From positions 1 through 42,281 of the IMG/VR virus record IMGVR_UViG_3300032212_000040: a DNA stretch of 42,281 nucleotides; one strand, given 5' to 3'. Source of the DNA: a virus. Lineage: Duplodnaviria; Caudoviricetes. A program made the position numbers and the translations under genes. This document shows positions 34,535 through 42,019 of this stretch, one piece after another (the stretch's first letter is position 1; each line of letters opens with the position of its first letter). The notes under the pieces were generated by a model, which worked only from the letters and a program-made list of their open reading frames with translations, ran no database searches and was not told the DNA's origin.

Positions 34535-35433
34535 TTCTCTAACTCCTCTTTACTTAAATAACGTGGCTTCTTATCGAATTGTTTAACTGTAACATGAAGC
34601 CCTTCATTTGTCAACTTCCTTTTAATCTTTTTTATTGTACTCCTAGCAACACCCATATCTGGGATGAACACAACATTAGTGCTCTGTAGCTTTCGGGAAC
34701 ATGACAAAATATTCGCAAGTTTTGTCTCCGTCAAGCTCAGACCCATCAACGCACACGTGGCTAACCCTTTTTCCCCTAAAGAAATTGCTGAGGTTGGTGC
34801 TTCCACGATATACAATGTCATCTTCTGCTCTCTTAGCCACTCTGTCGAACTCTCTGCTATCAATATGTTCGTGAATATTGCACCATCTGACGTCATATTT
34901 ACCCATTTTCTTCCTCCAGTTCTTTGAATAAGTCGGCTAACATACCCATCCATCTGTTGGTGTCTTGGTAGAGGGATGATAAGTCTTCCGTTAGCTGCGT
35001 CCCAACGCATGTCATAATCTGTGAACGCTGCTTGGCTGATGTTGTTTGCTTCAAGATACGCTCCACACTGTCTGGGACACCATCGTATAGCAGTTGGAGG
35101 AATAAGAAGGCGGACACTAGCTTCCTGTTCTTTATTCTCCACACCATGTCGAACTGGGACTCCAGAAGAAACTCCCCTTCCTCTAATTCCTTTGCTTCCT
35201 TCTCCGTTTTCAACACGTCCTCTACATTGACAAGCATCTGAGAAACAGTTGTATTTAATAACATCTCCATCTCTTCGAACCCCAAGCTCACACGAGCTAG
35301 GTGTCTCTCCACCGATTGCAGAGCGATAACATCTCTCGCCAACACTGCCGTGTGCCACGTCTCCATCATTTCTAACGTCGTCACTAAATGTGTCATATAT
35401 CCATTCCTCTTTACTATTACGTTTATTTCTCAT
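34531..35433 (-). CDS. DNA primase (Zn-binding plus TOPRIM)
   Basis: YNCFSDAC Zn motif, YL....I, RLIIP, R....KW, IVEAPTSA, ALMG, FIPD; upstream of the helicase. Confidence 0.8.
   Translation of the reverse strand: MRNKRNSKEEWIYDTFSDDVRNDGDVAHGSVGERCYRSAIGGETPSSCELGVRRDGDVIKYNCFSDACQCRGRVENGEGSKGIRGRGVSSGVPVRHGVENKEQEASVRLLIPPTAIRWCPRQCGAYLEANNISQAAFTDYDMRWDAANGRLIIPLPRHQQMDGYVSRLIQRTGGRKWVNMTSDGAIFTNILIAESSTEWLREQKMTLYIVEAPTSAISLGEKGLATCALMGLSLTETKLANILSCSRKLQSTNVVFIPDMGVARSTIKKIKRKLTNEGLHVTVKQFDKKPRYLSKEELEK
34586..34614 (-). promoter_or_regulatory. Candidate internal promoter in the primase 3' end
   Basis: TTGACA-17 nt-TACAGT with extended TG; palindrome ATGAAG-NN-CTTCAT in the spacer. 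Confidence 0.5.
34676..34906 (-). CDS. Overprinted gene B (76 aa) in the +2 frame of primase
   Basis: GGAGG RBS 7 nt before ATG; start overlaps the end of gene A. Confidence 0.55.
   Translation of the reverse strand: MGKYDVRWCNIHEHIDSREFDRVAKRAEDDIVYRGSTNLSNFFRGKRVSHVCVDGSELDGDKTCEYFVMFPKATEH
34899..35396 (-). CDS. Overprinted gene A (165 aa, acidic helical) in the +1 frame of primase
   Basis: AGAGGA RBS 8 nt before ATG; 165 open codons; protein-like composition. Confidence 0.65.
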   Translation of the reverse strand: MTHLVTTLEMMETWHTAVLARDVIALQSVERHLARVSLGFEEMEMLLNTTVSQMLVNVEDVLKTEKEAKELEEGEFLLESQFDMVWRIKNRKLVSAFLFLQLLYDGVPDSVERILKQTTSAKQRSQIMTCVGTQLTEDLSSLYQDTNRWMGMLADLFKELEEENG

Positions 35434-35755
35434 ACACTGTTTTAAGTTCTAAGCAGTTGTGTTTGTTGTCGTAATCAAACACATAAACTAATTTGTTGTA
35501 AACAAATTTATTAACACAACCTTTATACAACTCACCTTTCTCTAATGCCTGAACACCTCTAATACCTAACATCCATTTAGCATGAGCAGGTCTAATCTCT
35601 AATCCTCTAGGTGCGCACCACCTTTGGTGTAGCCTAAGAATAGTGTGTCCACAAACCCTTATCCTATGGTTTTTATTGCCGTAGAACACTGTTGGGTGAG
35701 GGGCTCCTATTCTCCACCTAAGTATTTTCTTAACTGGGTTTAATTGCTCGCCCAT
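35423..35755 (-). CDS. Hypothetical basic protein
   Basis: ORF track; GAGGTG RBS. Confidence 0.7.
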   Translation of the reverse strand: MGEQLNPVKKILRWRIGAPHPTVFYGNKNHRIRVCGHTILRLHQRWCAPRGLEIRPAHAKWMLGIRGVQALEKGELYKGCVNKFVYNKLVYVFDYDNKHNCLELKTVYEK

Positions 35756-35949
35756 ATTAATTCACCTCTCATACGTGTCCCTGTTTTATTAACGTAGTTC
35801 TCATACACTTCTATGTAACAACTTCCATCAGAGCACATGTCTTCTGCTTCGCGTAAGACAACATCTAAGTGGTTGTCCGAGACGGAGCTATGGCTCCCGT
35901 CGTTAGATGTTACATGTGTTTCATAACCTACGAATTTAATATCTTCCAT
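35740..35949 (-). CDS. Hypothetical protein
   Basis: ORF track; GAGGA RBS. Confidence 0.75.
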   Translation of the reverse strand: MEDIKFVGYETHVTSNDGSHSSVSDNHLDVVLREAEDMCSDGSCYIEVYENYVNKTGTRMRGELIWASN

Positions 35950-36024
35950 TATTATTCCTCATAATTCCATAATTGATATATTAGGCACATCATAATAACA
36001 GCCATTAACATCATTATTAATATT

Positions 36025-36228
36025 TCAACCATCATTCATCTCTTTAATTCTTTTAGTTGCAGCACGACGTGCTTTACCTCTATTACCAAAGACACCTACA
36101 TCAGCAACCTTAGTTAGTTCTGATTTAAACACCTTCTTTTTAATGTCAGATATAATATACACTTTACTAAACACTGTAGCAAGCCACGTTCCATTTACAT
36201 ATTCTGTATGTGGTTGAAGTATTCCCAT
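36025..36228 (-). CDS. Hypothetical protein, first gene of the replication operon
   Basis: ORF track; AAGGA RBS; promoter upstream. Confidence 0.7.
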   Translation of the reverse strand: MGILQPHTEYVNGTWLATVFSKVYIISDIKKKVFKSELTKVADVGVFGNRGKARRAATKRIKEMNDG

Positions 36229-36265
36229 TTCTAATATTCCTTCGTTTGTTAATTTCTATATATTA

Positions 36266-36294
36266 AATGTACATATTTAAAAAGCATCTGTCAA
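36266..36294 (-). promoter_or_regulatory. sigma70-like promoter of the replication operon
   Basis: TTGACA-17 nt-TACATT. Confidence 0.7.
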
Positions 36295-36577
36295 GAGGTT
36301 TTTTAATATTTATTTAAATTAAATGATAACTAATTGATTTCCCTAAAGAAATCATAATAGCATGTAGCCCGAAATTCGTTAAGAATTGAAGGGCTACTAA
36401 TATACAATATTCTTATCAATATTATAATGTCCTGAAAGGACATAATTATAGCGAGTAGTGATAACTATTGTTAATTAAATAATAAGAGCCGTTGGGCGGC
36501 TCTATTTAATGTTATTGTTAGGATGACTACACAACACTGTCGTGTTGTTAGTTATACTAACTAACCTAGTAATAGTT

Positions 36578-36606
36578 AAAATAGCATATTTTTAGAAATA
36601 AGTCAA
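36578..36606 (-). promoter_or_regulatory. sigma70-like promoter firing into the hairpin cluster
   Basis: TTGACT-17 nt-TATTTT with extended TG. Confidence 0.6.
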
Positions 36607-36652
36607 GAAAAAACGTACACTAAAATAAAATTAATTATTTTAAACTTTTCAC

Positions 36653-36681
36653 TTGACAAATCTGTCATTAACACCTATACT
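36653..36681 (+). promoter_or_regulatory. sigma70 promoter for the candidate ncRNA
   Basis: TTGACA-17 nt-TATACT. Confidence 0.8.
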
Positions 36682-36689
36682 TATTAATA

Positions 36690-36846
36690 GTGGTGGTGGC
36701 AAGTGCAGTATTATCAGCCAGCGGGTTCAATTCCTGCATCGTGTCCGTGAGACGGTTGGCTGTTGTTTTAACTGGCTACGGCGGTTTTAACAAACTCTAC
36801 TACGAGGCCAAGGAAGTAGCGCAGGATTAACGCCCTGCCCATCACT
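36690..36846 (+). ncRNA. Candidate structured tRNA-like ncRNA
   Basis: 7-bp end-closing stem stacked on a 5-bp arm, internal T-loop arm, cUACGg tetraloop; promoter upstream, T-tract downstream. Confidence 0.55.
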
Positions 36847-36905
36847 AAATAATAGAGGTTTTTTTTTATTTCCTTTTTCCCTCTATTAACACACGAGCGA
36901 GCGTG

Positions 36906-36932
36906 AAAAGAGCCTCTGTAAAGGCTCTTTTT
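36906..36932 (+). terminator. Intrinsic (possibly bidirectional) terminator
   Basis: AAAAGAGCCT-CTGTAA-AGGCTCTTTTT. Confidence 0.75.
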
Positions 36933-36934
36933 GC

Positions 36935-36963
36935 TTGACAAATAGATAAAAGTGTGATAGAAT
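36935..36963 (+). promoter_or_regulatory. sigma70 promoter for the tRNA
   Basis: TTGACA-17 nt-TAGAAT with extended TG. Confidence 0.85.
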
Positions 36964-37001
36964 GTACGTATTAACAAGAAACATTATTTAACATTTAACA
37001 T

Positions 37002-37075
37002 GCACCCGTAGCTTAGTGGTAGAGCGTTCCCTTACAAAGGGAAAGACGTTGGTTCGAGTCCAACTGGGAGCACCA
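37002..37075 (+). tRNA. tRNA with anticodon ACA (nominally Cys; identity uncertain)
   Basis: Complete cloverleaf: D arm GCTT/GAGC, anticodon stem TTCCC/GGGAA with loop TTACAAA, T arm GTTGG-TTCGAGT-CCAAC, encoded ACCA. Confidence 0.88.
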
Positions 37076-37157
37076 AACACTGCGTGTTTGTTTCTTATGA
37101 AATAAGACGCACCAATTTACTTGTAAATCTAACCAAACATTGTTTTCGGAGAAAATA

Positions 37158-37355
37158 ATGACCCCTTACACTAAAATTTTACGCGTTAAGCAAATAGGTA
37201 ATGTACGAATATACAAATGCTTACATGCTAACGGGATGCCTTGTGTTGTTGCCGTTAAAGGTGACAAACACGTAACAACTATTTCATCCTATGAGGATGT
37301 AGAAGACTTATGGAGGGCTTATGTCGGACATAACAAACAAAACAGAGAACATTGA
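37158..37355 (+). CDS. Hypothetical protein
   Basis: ORF track 37140..37355; GGAG RBS before ATG 37158. Confidence 0.65.
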   Translation: MTPYTKILRVKQIGNVRIYKCLHANGMPCVVAVKGDKHVTTISSYEDVEDLWRAYVGHNKQNREH

Positions 37356-37506
37356 TAAATGCCTTGGCTGCGGTCAAGAATGTTGTATTAATGAAATGTG
37401 TGGTAAAGAAACACCACTATGTGCTATTAATAACACACATAAACCATCATTAGACGAAGCTTATGACAGAGTTTTGAACGATGATGAGAATTTAGGTGAC
37501 TGCTAA
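37321..37506 (+). CDS. Small Cys-rich protein
   Basis: GGAGG RBS; CLGCGQECC motif; terminator downstream. Confidence 0.6.
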   Translation: MSDITNKTENIDKCLGCGQECCINEMCGKETPLCAINNTHKPSLDEAYDRVLNDDENLGDC

Positions 37507-37542
37507 TTGTCATCAGACAATTAACACCTAATTACTAACGAA

Positions 37543-37569
37543 GAAGCCCGCATTAGCGGGCTTTGTTTA
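37543..37569 (+). terminator. Terminator between convergent units
   Basis: AAGCCCGC-ATTA-GCGGGCTT followed by TGTTT. Confidence 0.75.
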
Positions 37570-37770
37570 TTAGTCCGTAGTGTATTTATATTTATAAGAT
37601 TCCATCATACGTATTAAAGAATCACCTTTATGCATAACTAGATCAGGTTCATGATTTAAAGGGTTTAGTGTTACAACAAACGTAACACCGTTTATAATGT
37701 AATATTTATCTACGTGCAAACCTTTAGGTTCACCATTCAGTCCTAAGTTACTGTTATGTTTAACCATCAT
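37570..37770 (-). CDS. Hypothetical protein
   Basis: ORF track; AAGGAG RBS. Confidence 0.7.
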   Translation of the reverse strand: MMVKHNSNLGLNGEPKGLHVDKYYIINGVTFVVTLNPLNHEPDLVMHKGDSLIRMMESYKYKYTTD

Positions 37771-37791
37771 TCTCCTTTCACTTATTCGTTT

Positions 37792-38019
37792 TCACTCCTT
37801 TGCTTTGTGTTTTTGTATTTTTTGTATTAGTTCTCTGTATTGAAGAAGGTCGTCCCAATTAGCGTTAATTTCACCTTCTGCTATTTCAACACAAAAGTTT
37901 AAAGCATCCACCAATGTGTCACGTTGTTCCTTTGTCTCCGCATTTTCTGCTTTAGCAGAAGCAAGTTCACTTGTTAACGCAGTCACTTGCTCTTGTAATT
38001 GGTCATTATATTCACTCAA
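37792..38019 (-). CDS. Coiled-coil hypothetical protein
   Basis: ORF track; coupled to the upstream gene. Confidence 0.7.
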   Translation of the reverse strand: MSEYNDQLQEQVTALTSELASAKAENAETKEQRDTLVDALNFCVEIAEGEINANWDDLLQYRELIQKIQKHKAKE

Positions 38020-38425
38020 TTTCTTCTATCTCCTTCATTACATCATCGGGAGCTTCTTCGTTAGAAGATGCAACCAACTCGCCCTCCTTATTAATATTGT
38101 CAGCATCTTTAGATGCATCCCCTAAATTGCGTCTTGTTTCTCTTACACATCCAAGAGCAGCACCTAGTCCGTGTTTAACATTCTCGTCTTCTATAGCCTC
38201 GTACACGCCATTTATGGCGTTGTGAACGACAGTGAACACCTCCTCCTGTCCGTCGGCTCTACCTCGTGAATAGGCTTCTTGTTGGGCTTGTTTTACTATC
38301 TCTTCGGCCTCTTCAAAGTCGATATGTTTTGAAACTGCTGGGCGAGAACCGTCAATAAAAACTTCCGTGATTCTTACCTCAACACACCCAATAACTTCTT
38401 TCGCAATTTCTTCTGCTTTTTTCAT
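38012..38425 (-). CDS. Hypothetical protein
   Basis: ORF track; AGGAGG RBS. Confidence 0.75.
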   Translation of the reverse strand: MKKAEEIAKEVIGCVEVRITEVFIDGSRPAVSKHIDFEEAEEIVKQAQQEAYSRGRADGQEEVFTVVHNAINGVYEAIEDENVKHGLGAALGCVRETRRNLGDASKDADNINKEGELVASSNEEAPDDVMKEIEEIE

Positions 38426-38427
38426 TA

Positions 38428-38568
38428 TTATTTAACCTCCTGTAATAGACAGCGATAGCCTTTAGCTCGCATTTCATCTCTAATTTCACTTAGAGGTGTG
38501 TCAGGGAAATTGTGATTGTAAAACCTCTCCACCTTCTCACCTTTAGTTATAATTAACACCCTTTTCAT
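38428..38568 (-). CDS. Small hypothetical protein (46 aa), absent from the ORF track
   Basis: Manual translation MKRVLIITKG...; AAGGAG RBS; ATGA coupling. Confidence 0.65.
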   Translation of the reverse strand: MKRVLIITKGEKVERFYNHNFPDTPLSEIRDEMRAKGYRCLLQEVK

Positions 38569-38993
38569 AACACCATCTCCTTGTTATAATTAGAAACATC
38601 ACTTCTAAATAATATTGTGACACCTCGCTCTTTAAATGTCAAGCTCTTATTTGTATGATTAACTATGGCCTCATGCCTCCACTTCCCCACAGCGTTGTTA
38701 AACGTACGCGTGTTCCCTTTGAGGTAGTAGCACCTATTAACATCTAATACATCCCGTATGGTCTTCTCCCATCGCTTACAAGGTTGTTTCTTTGGTTTAA
38801 TAGTGTTAGGCGTTAGCCTCACCCCTAAAAGAGGGCTTAATTTATAACAAACGCGCTGTGTTAGGCTTCTTTTACATTTATTTATCTGTCTCAGGTAGTG
38901 ATAGTCTATACCTGCGAGACGTGCAAGCTCTTTCATGTCCATAAGATTGTTACCACACAACTCTTTTATGAAGTCTGGTTTATAGCTGTTCAT
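38565..38993 (-). CDS. XRE-type HTH DNA-binding protein
   Basis: MKELARLAGIDYHYLRQINKCKRSLT...KLS.LLGV; likely start ATG 38993. Confidence 0.7.
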   Translation of the reverse strand: MNSYKPDFIKELCGNNLMDMKELARLAGIDYHYLRQINKCKRSLTQRVCYKLSPLLGVRLTPNTIKPKKQPCKRWEKTIRDVLDVNRCYYLKGNTRTFNNAVGKWRHEAIVNHTNKSLTFKERGVTILFRSDVSNYNKEMVL

Positions 38994-39186
38994 CTTCTCT
39001 ACCTTCCCACCAATTAAGTACGTCACGTTCAACTAAACCAGTGGTTCTATCAATAATCTGCATAACAGTGTGACTTGGTTTATAACAAGCTATAGCAGCT
39101 CGTTGTGCTAGATTAAAATTAGTGTGATGTGTTAATGTTGTTTTTCCATCACAGTCTTCTATTAATACATTGTATTTATACCTCAT
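38980..39186 (-). CDS. Hypothetical protein
   Basis: ORF track; AAGGAGG RBS. Confidence 0.75.
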   Translation of the reverse strand: MRYKYNVLIEDCDGKTTLTHHTNFNLAQRAAIACYKPSHTVMQIIDRTTGLVERDVLNWWEGREDEQL

Positions 39187-39209
39187 TATGAAAACCTCCT
39201 TGGTTTGAA

Positions 39210-39452
39210 TTATATCTCATATTCTTTCACCTCCTTCACCCTTAAACCTTCCCACTTTTTTATGTACTCTTTCACTTCCTCTAAGTCTTTAAAGGATGTA
39301 ATAAACCAGCAACCACCCATATAAGGAGTTTTAACCCAAAACCACCACAAGCCCCATTTCTCTTTTAAATTGTAGGTTTTATTTCCGTTGTTTAACGTTG
39401 TTTCTACAACTCTATATCTTGTCATTGTTCTGTTCCCTATACGGTGTACCAT
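39210..39452 (-). CDS. Hypothetical Trp-rich protein (start may be 39425)
   Basis: ORF track. Confidence 0.65.
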   Translation of the reverse strand: MVHRIGNRTMTRYRVVETTLNNGNKTYNLKEKWGLWWFWVKTPYMGGCWFITSFKDLEEVKEYIKKWEGLRVKEVKEYEI

Positions 39453-39651
39453 CTAAATTATACACGTTATTATAATTGTTGTCAACTTCTTCTACATCAA
39501 ACAGCTGAGGTTCTACGTTTATAGTGTTAACCCATCGCCTAGAACCATTTATAATGTGTTCTATACAAAGAGTGCCAGTACCTATACTAAAAACTACCCA
39601 CAACTTCCCTAAGTACACGACGTAGTCACCTATTTTATATGTATGTTTCAT
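39412..39651 (-). CDS. Hypothetical protein (YKIGD.V SH3-like start)
   Basis: ORF track; GAGG RBS. Confidence 0.7.
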   Translation of the reverse strand: MKHTYKIGDYVVYLGKLWVVFSIGTGTLCIEHIINGSRRWVNTINVEPQLFDVEEVDNNYNNVYNLDGTPYREQNNDKI

Positions 39652-39673
39652 AATAAGCCTCTTTTAAACTTGT

Positions 39674-39808
39674 TTAAAAAACTATTGTTAATGTTACAAG
39701 AAACACTAGCGATGCGAGCCATAAGTATAGCACTTCTTGTTTGTTAGCTCCTAGAATGTCATTATCCGATAGGGCATCACTAACCAGTTGTTTTATATAA
39801 TGTTTCAT
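39674..39808 (-). CDS. Small membrane protein (44 aa), paralogue of 40795..40956, absent from the ORF track
   Basis: MKHYIKQLVSDALSDNDILGANKQEVLYLWLASLVFLVTLTIVF. Confidence 0.7.
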   Translation of the reverse strand: MKHYIKQLVSDALSDNDILGANKQEVLYLWLASLVFLVTLTIVF

Positions 39809-39810
39809 GA

Positions 39811-40122
39811 TTAAAGCCCTTTCGCTTTGTTTATTACTGCTTTAATAGCAGCTATTTGTTCTAAATATTCATTATCCTCGGTGTTAATGTCCTCGCAAAG
39901 GTCGTCGATAATATACTCCGCACCTTCCAACGCTGCCAACATCTCGGGTGCGGCTGCTATTAGATTGGCGTTAGCTTCGTCTTCTTCTTCGCTAACATTT
40001 CCTTGATCTGCATACATCCCATTACTTGTGCTTGCTATGCTCTTATGCATATCGTGTGCAAGTTCTTTTGTTATGTGACCATCGGTATTGACCCATGGTG
40101 CTTTTGTGTGTTTGTTTGTCAT
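39811..40122 (-). CDS. Conserved hypothetical phage protein (HT..PW...ANANLIAAAPE family)
   Basis: Recognisable motif; AAGGAG RBS. Confidence 0.85.
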   Translation of the reverse strand: MTNKHTKAPWVNTDGHITKELAHDMHKSIASTSNGMYADQGNVSEEEDEANANLIAAAPEMLAALEGAEYIIDDLCEDINTEDNEYLEQIAAIKAVINKAKGL

Positions 40123-40126
40123 TGTC

Positions 40127-40294
40127 TTATTCTCCTTGTTCTAAATCCTCGATTGTACTTTGTAAGCTCTTTATGTATTCGCTGTTAGCTCCTTCACCCT
40201 CTAACCAGTCGAGGACATCATCTACATCTTTATTATATTTTTCGTTGAGAGCTTTAAGTCCTTGTTCGTAGTTTAAATCATCTAATACACTCAT
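40127..40294 (-). CDS. Small acidic protein (55 aa), absent from the ORF track
   Basis: Manual translation MSVLDDLNYE...; GGAGGT RBS; fills the gap exactly. Confidence 0.7.
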   Translation of the reverse strand: MSVLDDLNYEQGLKALNEKYNKDVDDVLDWLEGEGANSEYIKSLQSTIEDLEQGE

Positions 40295-40296
40295 TG

Positions 40297-40776
40297 TTAC
40301 ACCTCCACGTCAAATAACACTAACAGCTCATATCCGAGGGTATCAACGGCGTGCTGTGCCGCTTCTTTTGTTTTGAAGTATATGGCGCCTTGTGTTTGGA
40401 GGTGGCGGTAACTTTCAACACCTAAGCAGCCATGTTCGCTGTTATATTCCACACTAACCTTGGTTTGTGCTGAATCCTTCCAATCAGGATTAAACCCACC
40501 TGCAAGTACGCGCAGTTTCTGCGTCACTTCACGGCGTTTTGCTTCAAGCTCTGCTTCTTCTCCTGTTTTAAATACATTACCTTGGTTTATTCTTGCTTTA
40601 GTGGTGATACATCCTTCACTATAATAGTCTTCGTAAACCTCGCTTGTGTCTTCTATTCCAAAGTAGTCTTCACCTTCTTTAGGTTGCCAAACACCTTGTG
40701 GCTCTTGTTCTCTAGCTTTTTGTTCTAAGCTCTTTAGAGCTTCTTTCATGTCTTCTATTTCTTGTTGTATATTCAT
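40297..40776 (-). CDS. Conserved hypothetical phage protein (WQPKEGEDY...GNVFKT.EEA family)
   Basis: Recognisable motif; AAGGAG RBS. Confidence 0.85.
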   Translation of the reverse strand: MNIQQEIEDMKEALKSLEQKAREQEPQGVWQPKEGEDYFGIEDTSEVYEDYYSEGCITTKARINQGNVFKTGEEAELEAKRREVTQKLRVLAGGFNPDWKDSAQTKVSVEYNSEHGCLGVESYRHLQTQGAIYFKTKEAAQHAVDTLGYELLVLFDVEV

Positions 40777-40794
40777 TTTTCTATTCTCCTTTAT

Positions 40795-40956
40795 TTAAAA
40801 CACTATGTATAAGCCTACAATCATCACGATTGAGATTATCCATAATATAGCCACTTCTATCTTACTAGCTCCTAATATGTCGTTAGGCTCTAAGAATGCT
40901 TGTCTAAGTGTTTGTTTAATATAATCGTATACTTTCCCTTGCTTCGCATGGTTCAT
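40795..40956 (-). CDS. Small membrane protein (53 aa), paralogue of 39674..39808, absent from the ORF track
   Basis: MNHAKQGKVYDYIKQTLRQAFLEPNDILGASKIEVAILWIISIVMIVGLYIVF; TAAGGAG RBS. Confidence 0.75.
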   Translation of the reverse strand: MNHAKQGKVYDYIKQTLRQAFLEPNDILGASKIEVAILWIISIVMIVGLYIVF

Positions 40957-41043
40957 TTTATTTACTCCTTATTTATATGCATATACACTATCAGTAGAGA
41001 TATTAACTGACCTACAATTACACCTAAAATAAAATCTAGCATT

Positions 41044-41196
41044 TTACAACTCTCTCCTAAAATCTCTATTCATAGATGTTAAAACCTGTTTCACATAGAC
41101 ACCTATCTCCTCAACCGTATGTGATTTATACTTGTATTCAAAAAAATCATCTATTGTGTTGATTGCTGCCAATAAAATTCTTGTGTCTTTATCCAT
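41044..41196 (-). CDS. Small hypothetical protein (50 aa), absent from the ORF track
   Basis: Manual translation MDKDTRILLAA...; AGGAG RBS. Confidence 0.65.
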   Translation of the reverse strand: MDKDTRILLAAINTIDDFFEYKYKSHTVEEIGVYVKQVLTSMNRDFRREL

Positions 41197-41200
41197 AATA

Positions 41201-41386
41201 CTACACTCCTAAATAGTCTTTAACGTAAGCTTCACCTGCTTTAATAGCGTCGCCATATCGAGATAGAGCTACTACGCCCTGCATGTTCAACGTTTCACCG
41301 TTTGACAGCTTGGCTACTGGGTAGTATGTCCCATCATCAGCATTATAATCTTCTTTTGCTAATATTGATATAAGTGTTAGTTTCAT
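41201..41386 (-). CDS. Hypothetical protein
   Basis: ORF track; ATGA coupling. Confidence 0.7.
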   Translation of the reverse strand: MKLTLISILAKEDYNADDGTYYPVAKLSNGETLNMQGVVALSRYGDAIKAGEAYVKDYLGV

Positions 41387-41595
41387 TTTCTAAATCCTTT
41401 TCTTTCTCTTAAAGCTCTCACTTCATCCGGTGCGAGCTGTATTTCATTTAATAAAGCTACAAGTTGTATAGCTTGCCAATAGTCCATGTTTATTATAACA
41501 GTTTCATCGCCTCTATCGGAGGTAGAGCCTTTGCTGTATACGTGACAAGTGTTATTCTCTTCATTCTTGCTGTATGTGTCGTATGTGTAGGTCAT
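41383..41595 (-). CDS. Hypothetical protein
   Basis: ORF track; GAGGAG RBS. Confidence 0.75.
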   Translation of the reverse strand: MTYTYDTYSKNEENNTCHVYSKGSTSDRGDETVIINMDYWQAIQLVALLNEIQLAPDEVRALRERKGFRK

Positions 41596-41739
41596 TTTAT
41601 TGTTCTCCTCTGTTAAAGTATTTATTCATTGTTGTGTATACTCATAGCAAAGGTGCAGTGGTGTAGCCTCGTAGCACCATAACAGCAAGTAGCATCTCAT
41701 CACCAAAGCTCGCATAAGAGCTTTTCACCTCTTTATTTG

Positions 41740-41970
41740 TTATAGTCCTAATGTATAGACATAATCACCGTTAGGTAGTTGTCCAAACCCTGCACTAATT
41801 ACATTCCAACCCTTAGCCTCTACATAACGCTCTGCAAGAGCAAATGCTTGGTTGTTTAGGTTGGCAGAGTAGTTTACACTCTCTGTGATAGCTCCTGCCT
41901 CTGTGAACGCTTTTAGGCGTGCACCTAATGTGTTTGTAGCAGGTAGGTATTTAATTTGTATTGCTTTCAT
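41740..41970 (-). CDS. Conserved hypothetical early protein (KYLPATN..GAR.KA motif)
   Basis: ORF track; recognisable phage motif. Confidence 0.8.
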   Translation of the reverse strand: MKAIQIKYLPATNTLGARLKAFTEAGAITESVNYSANLNNQAFALAERYVEAKGWNVISAGFGQLPNGDYVYTLGL

Positions 41971-42019
41971 TGTTCTAACTTTCTATTAATTAGCTTTCTA
42001 TTAATCTCATTTCATCGGC

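Noticed and set aside
36690-36846. tmRNA or a known self-cleaving ribozyme
   Set aside because: No G3:U70 Ala acceptor with CCA and no tag ORF; no hammerhead CUGANGA/GAAA core
36768-36977. 69-aa minus-strand ORF in the track
   Set aside because: Runs antisense across a promoter, terminator and structured RNA; TTG start and no RBS
37002-37075. tRNA-Val(TAC) call, or the tRNA as an attP/integration site
   Set aside because: The TAC register destroys anticodon-stem pairing; no integrase is encoded and no duplicated att core is seen
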